From NCBI GenBank assembly GCA_965140705.1, contig OZ223301.1, forward strand, positions 1-64,000: a stretch of DNA of 64,000 bases. The letters run 5' to 3'. The stretch comes from an uncultured Arcobacter sp. (GTDB taxonomy: Bacteria > Campylobacterota > Campylobacteria > Campylobacterales > Arcobacteraceae). Shown piece after piece: positions 10,545 to 19,420 of this stretch; within the stretch, counting starts at the first letter, position 1; each line of letters opens with the position of its first letter. The notes beneath the pieces are model-generated. The model saw only the letters and a program-made list of their open reading frames with translations, searched no databases and was not told the origin of the DNA. The translations under genes and the position numbers were made by a program.

Positions 10545-10889
10545 TTGGATACAACTCTTTTTGTTTATGGTACACTTATGCCAAACTGTCCCAATGCTCA
10601 TGTATTAGAGAAAATTGTAGGTAAATTTGTACCTGCTACTGTAAAAGGTTTTTTAATAGATGCTGGTTGGAGTGCAAGTATGGGGTATCCAGGAATAAGA
10701 CTTAATCCAGATGGGGATACTGTTCATGGGTTTTTATTTACTTCTTCAAATTTAATTAATTATTGGGATTATTTAGATGAATTTGAAGGTGGTGAATTTG
10801 TAAGAACACCAGTAACTGTTGAGCGATATGACGAATTAGAAGTTGATACTTATATTTATACATTAAAAGATCACGTACAGGAGATATAA
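10545..10889 (+). CDS. Gamma-glutamylcyclotransferase (AIG2/GGCT) family protein
   Basis: LFVYGTL, GYPG, LDEFEG motifs. Confidence 0.9.
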   Translation: MDTTLFVYGTLMPNCPNAHVLEKIVGKFVPATVKGFLIDAGWSASMGYPGIRLNPDGDTVHGFLFTSSNLINYWDYLDEFEGGEFVRTPVTVERYDELEVDTYIYTLKDHVQEI

Positions 10890-11116
10890 TGAAAATAGAA
10901 ATATTAGGTACAGGATGTACAAAGTGCAAAGCCTTGGAAGAAAATGTAAAAAAAGCAGTTGCAGATGCTGGAATTTTTGCACAAGTTGAAAAAGTAGAAG
11001 ATATACAAAAAATCATGGAATATGGAGTTATGAGTACTCCTGCACTTGTGATAAATGGTGAAGTCAAATCTACTGGAAAACTATTAAATAGTGAAGAGAT
11101 AAAAGCATTTTTTTGA
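10889..11116 (+). CDS. Small redox-active disulfide protein (MTH895-like thioredoxin family)
   Basis: MKIEILGTGCTKC, YGVMSTPALVING; start overlaps the GGCT stop (TAATG). Confidence 0.9.
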   Translation: MKIEILGTGCTKCKALEENVKKAVADAGIFAQVEKVEDIQKIMEYGVMSTPALVINGEVKSTGKLLNSEEIKAFF

Positions 11117-11117
11117 T

Positions 11118-11136
11118 AAATTAACAGAAAATTAAC
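11118..11136 (+). promoter_or_regulatory. Direct repeat AAATTAAC-N3-AAATTAAC, possible OmpR/PhoB-family binding site
   Basis: Two identical 8-mers at an 11-bp period, followed 10 bp later by -10-like TAACCT (11147-11152). Confidence 0.35.
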
Positions 11137-11195
11137 TATCTTTCTCTAACCTTTCAGACTTAAATTTTAGTTTGTATGAAGGATAGAGAAGATGG
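11136..11195 (+). promoter_or_regulatory. Predicted RNA hairpin sequestering the SD and start codon of the PepSY gene
   Basis: 11136-11160 pairs with 11169-11195 (about 23 pairs including G-U, two bulges, one mismatch). Confidence 0.5.
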
Positions 11196-12604
11196 ATATA
11201 GGAACATCTAGTAAATATAAAAAAGTAAATGAAGATACACTTTTTTATAAAGCCGCTTGGCGCTGGCATTTTTATGCAGGAATATTTGTAACACCTTTTA
11301 TGCTGATACTTGCAGTAACTGGTATGCTTATGATGTATATTGGTTATTTTGATGGAAGAGATGGGGAAAAGGTAACTGTTCCTGTACCACCAAATGCTAT
11401 TATGCTTACTTTACAAGAACAATCAAATATTGCTTTATCAACTCATCCAAAAGGTAAATTAGTAGAGTGGATAAAAGCTTCAGAACCAAATAGAGTAAAT
11501 GTTTTTAGAATAAAAGATTCTGATGGTAGCCAATCTATGGTTGCTGTAAACCCATACAATGGTAAAGTTGTAAATGAATGGCTTAGAAGACAGGGTTGGT
11601 ATGATTTAGCTGATGATATTCATAGTGATCTACTTTTAGGACCTATTGGTGATAGGATGTTGGAAATAGCTGCTGGTTTTGCTATTATTTTGATTATTAC
11701 AGGAGTTTATCTTTGGTGGCCAAAAGATAGAAAAATAAGAGACTCTTTGATTCCAAAACTATCACTAAAAGGTCGTCTTTTTTGGAAGGAAGTACATGTT
11801 TCACTTGGGGTTTATGTATCTATTTTCTTTTTTCTATTTTTATTATCTGGTATGTCTTGGACTGGTATTTGGGGTGGAAAAATCTTCCAAGCATGGAGCA
11901 CTTTCCCTGCCCAAAAATGGGATAAAATACCACTTTCTAGTGAAACTCATGCTTCATTAAACTATGGTCCATCAGCTGGAATGCCTTGGGCAATAGAAGA
12001 GACTCCTCTCCCTGCTTCTGGTTCAAAATTAGGAGTAGATGGGACACTTCCAAATGAAGCTGTAAATATAGATAGTATAGAAAGACTTGCCCAAAGAATT
12101 GGTTTTGAAGGAAGATATAGAGTATCTTTTCCAAAAGGAAAAACAGGTGTATGGACAATAAATCAAGATACTATGAATAGTGATGCTCCAAATCCTTTTG
12201 CAGACAAAACAGTTCATGTGGATAGATATACAGGGCACGTTTTAGCAAAGGTTACTTTTGATGATTACTCACTTGCAGGTAAAACTATGGCTGTATCTAT
12301 TCCTATTCATATGGGATTGGTAACTATTTGGAATCTTATAATTAATACAATAATTTGTTTATCAGTTATAGTTTTAAGTATTACAGGTGTCATTATGTGG
12401 TGGAAAAGAAGACCCAAAGACTCTGGATTTAAATTAGTTCCTCCTCCTATTCCCAGTAAATTGCCCCATTGGCATAATGCTATGATTCTTATGTTAGCTC
12501 TTTCTTTATTTTTCCCATTAGTAGGGATTACTTTAGTTTGTGTTTTATTATTGGATATGTTTGTTCTATCTCGTATTCCAATACTTAAAAAAATATTTAA
12601 ATAA
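11192..12604 (+). CDS. PepSY-associated TM helix domain protein (metal-uptake-associated membrane protein)
   Basis: WRWHFYAG, DIHSDLLLG, ITGVYLWWP, EVHVSLG, IPIHMG, TGVIMWWKRRP. Confidence 0.9.
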   Translation: MDIGTSSKYKKVNEDTLFYKAAWRWHFYAGIFVTPFMLILAVTGMLMMYIGYFDGRDGEKVTVPVPPNAIMLTLQEQSNIALSTHPKGKLVEWIKASEPNRVNVFRIKDSDGSQSMVAVNPYNGKVVNEWLRRQGWYDLADDIHSDLLLGPIGDRMLEIAAGFAIILIITGVYLWWPKDRKIRDSLIPKLSLKGRLFWKEVHVSLGVYVSIFFFLFLLSGMSWTGIWGGKIFQAWSTFPAQKWDKIPLSSETHASLNYGPSAGMPWAIEETPLPASGSKLGVDGTLPNEAVNIDSIERLAQRIGFEGRYRVSFPKGKTGVWTINQDTMNSDAPNPFADKTVHVDRYTGHVLAKVTFDDYSLAGKTMAVSIPIHMGLVTIWNLIINTIICLSVIVLSITGVIMWWKRRPKDSGFKLVPPPIPSKLPHWHNAMILMLALSLFFPLVGITLVCVLLLDMFVLSRIPILKKIFK

Positions 12605-12675
12605 AGCAATTATTTCCTATACATTTCTCATTTTATTTGATAATATACTTTCTATTTTATAATTAGGAAGTATAT

Positions 12676-13563
12676 TTGAGTAATGAGAGATTAGGGCAAC
12701 TTTATGCTGTATTTGCATTTTTATTTTGGGGTGGATTATCTCCGATATATTTTAAAGAAGTTTCTTCAGTAGACCCAATTGAGATATTAGTTTATAGAGT
12801 TATATTTTCAGTTATTACCCTTTTGCCTTTTTTATTTTATAAAAAAGAAATTAGTTCATTTTTAATTATTATAAAAGATTTTAAGCAACTTAGAAATTTG
12901 TTTTTTTCCACTTTTTTTGTATCTGTAAATTGGCTTATTTTTATTTGGGCAATAACTAATAATAGAATACTAGAGGCCTCTCTTGGTTATTATATAAATC
13001 CACTTGTAAATGTCTTATTTGGTTTTTTATTTTTTAAAGAGCGAATGACAAAATATCAGTATGTGGCAATATTTATTGCAACTTTAGCAATATTGTATCA
13101 ACTTATTACCTTAGGTTATATTCCAATAGTATCTTTATCTTTAGCTGTTTCTTTTGCAATGTATGGAATGATAAGAAAAAAAATAAATGTAGGTTCTATT
13201 GTAGGACTATTTGTAGAAGTTCTTTTAACATTGCCTTTTGCTATTGCTTATTTGATTTATATATATAATGAAAAAGGAATAGCTTTTGGTGAAAATAGTG
13301 GAATTTATGTCTCTTTTATGCTAGTTCTTGCAGGGTTAGTAACTGTTATTCCTTTGTTATTATTTAATGGAGCAGCTACAAGAATGAAACTTGCTACATT
13401 AGGTTTTTTTCAATACATTGCTCCTACAGTCTCTTTTTTGATTGCCGTATTTATTTATCATGAAGAATTTAATATTGATAAATTAGTAACCTTCTGTTTA
13501 ATTTGGATAGCACTTATTATTTATTCATTGGATTCTTTTTCAAAAAGAGAGAAAAAGAAATAA
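12676..13563 (+). CDS. rarD: EamA/DMT family transporter RarD
   Basis: NWLIFIWAI, LEASLGYYINPLVNVL, LGFFQYIAPT; multiple TM helices. Confidence 0.92.
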   Translation: MSNERLGQLYAVFAFLFWGGLSPIYFKEVSSVDPIEILVYRVIFSVITLLPFLFYKKEISSFLIIIKDFKQLRNLFFSTFFVSVNWLIFIWAITNNRILEASLGYYINPLVNVLFGFLFFKERMTKYQYVAIFIATLAILYQLITLGYIPIVSLSLAVSFAMYGMIRKKINVGSIVGLFVEVLLTLPFAIAYLIYIYNEKGIAFGENSGIYVSFMLVLAGLVTVIPLLLFNGAATRMKLATLGFFQYIAPTVSFLIAVFIYHEEFNIDKLVTFCLIWIALIIYSLDSFSKREKKK

Positions 13564-13570
13564 ATATTTA

Positions 13571-13597
13571 AAAGTTAAGAGTTGAACTCTTGACTTT
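13571..13597. promoter_or_regulatory. Palindromic operator 1 (overlaps -35)
   Basis: aaagttaagagtt-g-aactcttgacttt, inverted repeat with one mismatch; it could also act as the rarD terminator. Confidence 0.55.
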
Positions 13598-13618
13598 TGT
13601 TTTAAAATAGTTTATAAT
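13590..13618 (+). promoter_or_regulatory. sigma70 promoter of the MerR operon
   Basis: TTGACT (13590-13595), 17-bp spacer, TATAAT (13613-13618). Confidence 0.7.
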
Positions 13619-13622
13619 TTTA

Positions 13623-13649
13623 AAAGTATAGAGTTAAGCTCTTTACTTT
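13623..13649. promoter_or_regulatory. Palindromic operator 2 (at the transcription start, before the SD)
   Basis: aaagtatagag-ttaag-ctctttacttt; 22/27 identical to operator 1, offset by 52 bp. Confidence 0.55.
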
Positions 13650-13660
13650 AAGGAGTGCAA

Positions 13661-14299
13661 ATGAAAATTATTGATGAAAAAAAATACTACAAAATGAGTG
13701 AATTAGTAGAAGCTACAAACTTAAGTAATTTTACAATCTCTTTTTATCATAAAAAAGGTTTATTACCAAATACGCTAAGTACCTCAAAAAATATGAAATA
13801 CTATCCTGAAATAACAGTTACTGTTTTAAATATGATTAAATATTTTAAAGAAAATCTTAATTTTTCTATTGATTATATAAAAGAACTTTTTGATTATTAT
13901 AAGATTGATTTTGATGATAGATCAGAATTAATCTTACAATCAATTCAAATGCTTTCAATTGAAATTAAAAATCCAATTTTAAAAAAGGATATAAATAAAA
14001 CGATTTTAAATGAAGCGATATCTTTAGATTTAGTAGATGATAAAGAGATATATTTTAAAACAGAAATGGAAGTTTTAAAAGTATATGAAGAGTTAAGAGA
14101 GTATGAAGTCTCTTCTTATTTGATTGAAGAATATGTTAAAACAAGTAAAAAACTAGCCCTAATAGAAAGAGAACTGAGTACAAAGGTTTTAGAAAAAACA
14201 GGTTTCTTGCCTGAGGTTTTAGTTCTTGATATCTTAAATTCATTTAAACCCTATATCTTTAATCGCCATACTATTGAAGAATTTAAAAAGGAAATATAA
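13661..14299 (+). CDS. MerR-family transcriptional regulator
   Basis: YKMSELVEATNLSNFTISFYHKKGLLP...MKYY winged HTH; ATG 13661 has an AAGGAG SD. Confidence 0.85.
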   Translation: MKIIDEKKYYKMSELVEATNLSNFTISFYHKKGLLPNTLSTSKNMKYYPEITVTVLNMIKYFKENLNFSIDYIKELFDYYKIDFDDRSELILQSIQMLSIEIKNPILKKDINKTILNEAISLDLVDDKEIYFKTEMEVLKVYEELREYEVSSYLIEEYVKTSKKLALIERELSTKVLEKTGFLPEVLVLDILNSFKPYIFNRHTIEEFKKEI

Positions 14300-15297
14300 T
14301 GAAAACTATAGATTTTCATGCTCACTTATTAAATCCAGATGTTTCTTTTTCAAGAATTTATGACAAAATCGCTATTACACTTTTTGCAAAAAAACTTGGT
14401 GTCAATAAAGATGATTTATTAAATAGAAAGTATGATGCTTTTATTGATGCCTTTATCAATAATATTAAATCTTCAAAATATGTGACAAAATCTGTAGTTT
14501 TACCAGTTGATGCAAAAATAGATACGAAAGGAAGAGAAATATCAAAGGATAAAACAGTTTGTTCTTCAAATGAAGATGTTTTAAGTGAATACAAGAGAAA
14601 TCCAAATGAAATTATACCCTTCTTTTCTGTAAATCCAAATAGGGTTGATGCCCTTGATTTGATAGATAAATATACTTCTCAAGGATTTAAAGGTGCAAAG
14701 TTCTTACAAAATTATTGGGATATTGATATCAATGATGAGAAATACATTCCGTATTTCGAAAAGATAAAATCATATGATTTGCCCATTATTATTCATACAG
14801 GAAGTGAACATGCAGTAGAATCAAATCCTATGTATGAAAAAATTGAAGTGGCAAATTTAGCAATAGAGATTGGCTGTAAAGTTATTCTAGCACATTTTGG
14901 TGTGAATTCAATCATGGAACACAATTCAAAAAAAGTTTTAAATAACTTCTCTTTTGATAATAAAAAATTTGGTGATGACTACTTTAATACAATAGCTTAT
15001 TTAGAAGAATATGAGAATGTATATGCTGATTTATCTGCGATGGTTATGAATTTTAGATCAAAAATCATTGAAGACTTAGCTAAAAATCAAACTCATATAC
15101 ATGATAAATTACTCTTTGGAACAGATTATCCCGTTCCTTTTTCTCCTATGTTCTCTTATCACTCTTTAGGCTTTAAGAAAAGAAGAGAGTTAGAGAAGGT
15201 TAAAAATCCTTTGGATAGAAATGTAGAATTTTTCAATCAATATTTTGATGAAGAATCTATTATCTATACTAATTGGCAAAAATTGATTAAGGAATAA
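14299..15297 (+). CDS. Amidohydrolase_2 family metal-dependent hydrolase
   Basis: IDFHAH, GFKGAK, IIIHTG, ILAHFG, VYADLSA, LLFGTDYP. Confidence 0.9.
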   Translation: MKTIDFHAHLLNPDVSFSRIYDKIAITLFAKKLGVNKDDLLNRKYDAFIDAFINNIKSSKYVTKSVVLPVDAKIDTKGREISKDKTVCSSNEDVLSEYKRNPNEIIPFFSVNPNRVDALDLIDKYTSQGFKGAKFLQNYWDIDINDEKYIPYFEKIKSYDLPIIIHTGSEHAVESNPMYEKIEVANLAIEIGCKVILAHFGVNSIMEHNSKKVLNNFSFDNKKFGDDYFNTIAYLEEYENVYADLSAMVMNFRSKIIEDLAKNQTHIHDKLLFGTDYPVPFSPMFSYHSLGFKKRRELEKVKNPLDRNVEFFNQYFDEESIIYTNWQKLIKE

Positions 15298-15300
15298 CTA

Positions 15301-18300
15301 ATGAGGAAAATAAACAATCTAATAATAATAAAATTTGCTTTTTTGTTTGTGGTATTTTGTAATGTGGTAGTTGATATTGCCCATAAAATTTTTTTACAAA
15401 ATATTGCTTTTAAGATATTTGATGGAAGTACACAAGTTATTTGGATATCTATTATAAATGCTTTGATTCTTATTCCTTATGTACTTTTATTTACACTAAG
15501 TGGATACCTCTCAGACAAATATAATAAAAAAAATATTTTGATATATGGGGCTGTATCTTCCTTTTCATTATCAATTCTTATGATATTTGCTTATGCTATT
15601 TCAAACTTTTATTTAGCAATGTTTGTTTTGGTTTTATTAGCTACTCAAAGTGCTATATACTCACCTGCAAAATTTGGTTTGATTTTAGATATATATGGAA
15701 AGAAAAATCTATCAAGTGGAAACTCTGCCCTGCAAGCTATATCAATAATAGCAATACTTTTTTCAATAGCAGGAGCTTCATACTTTTTTGAAGGTTTTTA
15801 TAATAGTAACCACCTTGAATTATTAAGTACAAAAGAAGAACTTTTATATGCAATCTTACCTTTGACTTATTATATTTTGCCTGTGGCATTTTTAGAGATG
15901 TTTGTCTCTTTTTTAGTCTTAAGAAGAGTGAATACTTATTACAAAAGAGATGAAGAACTATCTTTAAATAAGAGTGAGTTATTAAAGGGAAAACTATTAG
16001 GTAAGAATATAAAAGTGTTATCTTCAAATAGTGTGATATTTTTGTCAGTTATTGGGCTTTCTGTATTTTGGGGAATATCACAAGGTATGATGGCTGTTTT
16101 CCCATCTTTTGCAAAAGAGTATTTAAATGTTACTGATGTATTTGTAATAAATGCAGTTATTGGAGTATCTGGAATTGGTATAGCAATAGGTTCAATTCTT
16201 TATTCTAGAATTTCAAAACACTATATAGAAGTGGGAACTATACCTTTATCAGCTTTAGGAATGGCAACTACTATTTATACAGCAACTATAGCACAAAGTC
16301 CATTTTTAATAGGTGTCTCATTTTTCATTTTTGGAATATTTGGAGGAATGTTTGTTGTTCCTTTAAATGCTTTAATTCAATTTAATGCAAAGAAAAAGAT
16401 ATTAGGAACAATTTTAGCTGGTAATAATTGGTTTCATTCTGTTTCTATGTTTTTGATGTTGTGTATGACTACAGTTGTATCTTTTTATAATTTGGATCCA
16501 TTAAATACAATATATCTGATTTTATTTATTACTATAGTTGGGACAGCTTATACAGTAATAAAATTACCTCAATCTTTAATCTTACTTTTTTTAAAAAGTG
16601 TTATTGGTTTAAAGTATAAACTTGAAGTTAGTGGAATAAAAAATATTCCATCTACTGGTGGAGTTTTATTATTAGGAAATCATGTTTCATGGATAGATTG
16701 GGCAGTTGTATTGATGTCAGTTCCTAGGGAAGTTAAGTTTGTAATGCATAAACCAATTTATGAAAAATGGTACTTAAATTGGATTTTAAAGATGTTTAAA
16801 GCAATACCTATTGGAACTACAGGAAGCAAAAATACAATTAAAATAATTGCAAATGAGTTAGATAAAGGAAGTATAGTTGTACTTTTTCCTGAGGGTGGAA
16901 TTACACGAAATGGACATTTAGGAGAGTTTAAAAAAGGATTTGAAAAGATATTAGAACTAACTACTAGTGATGTACGAGTAGTTCCTTTTTATATAAGAGG
17001 TCTTTGGGAGACAGTTTTTTCAAGGGCTAGTAAAAAATACAAAAAATCATCTAAAGTAAATAGTGTAACCGTATCATTTGGAAAAAGAGTTAAAAAAGAG
17101 AAAGCAAATGTAATAAGTGTAAAACAAGAGATTGTAAATCTTTCAACTACTTCATGGATGGAACATATAGAAAATCTGGCACCATTAAATGAAGTTATTT
17201 TTGATAGATTAAAATCTGTATCAAGTGAGATGATTTTTGCAGATTCTACGGGAGTAAATTTATCAGGTAATAAATTTCTTACAGCCTCAATTTTATTTAA
17301 AAATTTATTAAATAAAGAGATAAAAGGAGAAAATGTAGGTTTACTTCTTCCTTCAACAGCAGCAGGAGCCTTTATAAATTATTCATGTTTAATATTGGGT
17401 AAAACTCTTGTAAATTTAAATTATACAAGTGAAGTAAACTCAATAAAACAGGCTATTTTACAAGCAGAGATTAAAACAATAGTTGCTTCAAAAAAATTTG
17501 TTGAGAAATTAAAAAATAAAGGTATAGATGTAAAAGAAATATTTGAACTAGTTAATGTAGTTTATGTGGAAGAGTTAAAAGAGAAAATATCAAAAGTATC
17601 TGCTTTATTTACTCTTCTTAGTATTAAATTTTTGCCAGCATTTTTATTAAAACCTCTTTATTTAACAAAAATCAAAAAAGATGATATTGTTATGATTTTA
17701 TTCTCATCTGGAAGCGAAGATTTACCAAAGGGAATTGAACTTACAAGTGATAATATCTTGGGTAATTCTCAGCAAATAGCTACAATAATAAATGCAACAC
17801 ACGATGATATTATTGTAGGTTCATTACCTTTATTTCATGCTTTTGGTATAGTTGTAACTACTTTTTTACCTTTGATTGAAGGGATTAAATGTGTAGCTCA
17901 CCCAGATCCAACTGATGGTTTTGGATTGGGAAAACTAATTGATGAATATAAAGCTACGATTATGTTTGGAACATCAACTTTCTTTAGACTTTATACAAAA
18001 AATCCAAAGGTAAACAAAACCATGTTTACAAGTATCAGACTTGCAGTTGCAGGGGCTGAGAAATTAAGAGAAGAGGTTAGAATAGACTTTAAAAATAAAT
18101 TTGAAAAGGATATTTTAGAAGGGTATGGTACAAGCGAAACTTCTCCTGTTGTTGCTTGTAATATTCCAGATACGCTATCAAGTGATGGTTCTATTCAAGT
18201 GGGAACAAAAAAAGGAAGTGTAGGTATGCCAATACCAGGAACAATCATAAAAATAGTTGATCCTGATAGTTTTAAAGAATTAGCGACAGGTGAAGAGGGT

Positions 18301-18777
18301 ATGATTATCATCTCTGGAATTCAAGTTATGAAAGGTTATTTAAAAGATGAAATAAAAACATCAAAAGTCTTAAAAACAATCAATGGCAAAACTTTTTATA
18401 TCACAGGTGACAAAGGAAGAGTTGATAAAGACGGTTTTATTACAATAGTAGACAGATATTCAAGATTTGCAAAATTGGGTGGAGAAATGATAAGTTTAGC
18501 AAGTGTTGAAGATAAGATTTCAAAACTCTTATATTTAGATGAAAATTCAGAAGTTGATTTTATAGTTACTTCCATAGAAGATGAAAAAAAAGGCGAAAAA
18601 ATCATCTTACTTATTTCTAATGTAAGTGAAAAAGAAGTTGCAAATTTAAAAGATGAGATTATCAAAAAATTTGATAATAAATTAATGATTCCTTCAAATA
18701 TAAAAATTGTAGATGATATACCAAAATTAGGAAGTGGGAAAAAGGATTTTAAAAGGGCAAAAGAATTAGCTTTATAA
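15301..18777 (+). CDS. aas: Fused MFS (LplT-like) / PlsC acyltransferase / acyl-ACP synthetase (acyl-[ACP]-phospholipid O-acyltransferase)
   Basis: N-terminal MFS (GYLSDKY, YSPAKFG); NHVSWID and FPEG acyltransferase motifs; FSSGSE.LPKG, EGYGTSETSP, TGDKG, DRYSRFAKLGGEMISL and LGSGK adenylation motifs. Confidence 0.9.
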   Translation: MRKINNLIIIKFAFLFVVFCNVVVDIAHKIFLQNIAFKIFDGSTQVIWISIINALILIPYVLLFTLSGYLSDKYNKKNILIYGAVSSFSLSILMIFAYAISNFYLAMFVLVLLATQSAIYSPAKFGLILDIYGKKNLSSGNSALQAISIIAILFSIAGASYFFEGFYNSNHLELLSTKEELLYAILPLTYYILPVAFLEMFVSFLVLRRVNTYYKRDEELSLNKSELLKGKLLGKNIKVLSSNSVIFLSVIGLSVFWGISQGMMAVFPSFAKEYLNVTDVFVINAVIGVSGIGIAIGSILYSRISKHYIEVGTIPLSALGMATTIYTATIAQSPFLIGVSFFIFGIFGGMFVVPLNALIQFNAKKKILGTILAGNNWFHSVSMFLMLCMTTVVSFYNLDPLNTIYLILFITIVGTAYTVIKLPQSLILLFLKSVIGLKYKLEVSGIKNIPSTGGVLLLGNHVSWIDWAVVLMSVPREVKFVMHKPIYEKWYLNWILKMFKAIPIGTTGSKNTIKIIANELDKGSIVVLFPEGGITRNGHLGEFKKGFEKILELTTSDVRVVPFYIRGLWETVFSRASKKYKKSSKVNSVTVSFGKRVKKEKANVISVKQEIVNLSTTSWMEHIENLAPLNEVIFDRLKSVSSEMIFADSTGVNLSGNKFLTASILFKNLLNKEIKGENVGLLLPSTAAGAFINYSCLILGKTLVNLNYTSEVNSIKQAILQAEIKTIVASKKFVEKLKNKGIDVKEIFELVNVVYVEELKEKISKVSALFTLLSIKFLPAFLLKPLYLTKIKKDDIVMILFSSGSEDLPKGIELTSDNILGNSQQIATIINATHDDIIVGSLPLFHAFGIVVTTFLPLIEGIKCVAHPDPTDGFGLGKLIDEYKATIMFGTSTFFRLYTKNPKVNKTMFTSIRLAVAGAEKLREEVRIDFKNKFEKDILEGYGTSETSPVVACNIPDTLSSDGSIQVGTKKGSVGMPIPGTIIKIVDPDSFKELATGEEGMIIISGIQVMKGYLKDEIKTSKVLKTINGKTFYITGDKGRVDKDGFITIVDRYSRFAKLGGEMISLASVEDKISKLLYLDENSEVDFIVTSIEDEKKGEKIILLISNVSEKEVANLKDEIIKKFDNKLMIPSNIKIVDDIPKLGSGKKDFKRAKELAL

Positions 18778-18802
18778 ATTTATAAAATAATTAGGCTATT
18801 TT

Positions 18803-18811
18803 TGATATAAT
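18803..18811 (+). promoter_or_regulatory. Extended -10 promoter of purE
   Basis: TGATATAAT about 35 nt upstream of the ATG. Confidence 0.55.
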
Positions 18812-18845
18812 CGCCACTATTTATAAAAAATATTAAAGGAAAAAT

Positions 18846-19340
18846 ATGAATTTTGTTTCTATTATTATGGGTAGTAAATCTGACTATGAAATTATGAAAA
18901 ACTGTGCTGAAACATTGGAGCAATTTAATGTTCAATACGAAATGATAATCTCTTCTGCACATAGATCTCCTGAGAGAACTAAAACTTATGTAAAAGAGGC
19001 TGAAGAGAAAGGTGCTATAGCATTTATTGCTGCTGCTGGAATGGCTGCACATCTTGCTGGTGCATTAGCATCTGCTACAACTAAACCTGTTATTGGAGTA
19101 CCTATGAAAGGTGGTGCAATGGATGGTATGGATGCTATGCTTTCAACTGTTCAAATGCCTTCAGGGATGCCTGTTGCTACTGTTGCTTTAGGAAAAGCTG
19201 GAGCTATTAATGCAGCATACCTAGCTATTCAAATCTTAGCAATTACAGATAAAGAACTTGCTATAAAATTAAAAGAAGATAGAATAGTAAAAAGTAAAGC
19301 TGTAGAAGTTGATTCTAAAAGTATAGAAGTACTAATATAG
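18846..19340 (+). CDS. purE: N5-CAIR mutase
   Basis: IIMGSKSD, SAHRSP, AGMAAHL, PVIGVP, VQMPSGMPVATV. Confidence 0.97.
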   Translation: MNFVSIIMGSKSDYEIMKNCAETLEQFNVQYEMIISSAHRSPERTKTYVKEAEEKGAIAFIAAAGMAAHLAGALASATTKPVIGVPMKGGAMDGMDAMLSTVQMPSGMPVATVALGKAGAINAAYLAIQILAITDKELAIKLKEDRIVKSKAVEVDSKSIEVLI

Positions 19341-19344
19341 TTTA

Positions 19345-19377
19345 AAATATCACACTATTTTTTATAGTGTGATATTT
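19345..19377. terminator. Hairpin between purE and glyQ
   Basis: Perfect 14-bp stem aaatatcacactat/atagtgtgatattt, T5 loop. Confidence 0.6.
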
Positions 19378-19420
19378 GTATTTTGAAAAAATAAAAAACA
19401 AAGCTTTAGGGATAAAATAG

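Noticed and set aside
13571..13649. Operators as HspR HAIR sites or a mini-CRISPR
   Set aside because: Spacing differs from CTTGAGT-N7-ACTCAAG; there are only two imperfect copies, with a promoter between them and no cas genes
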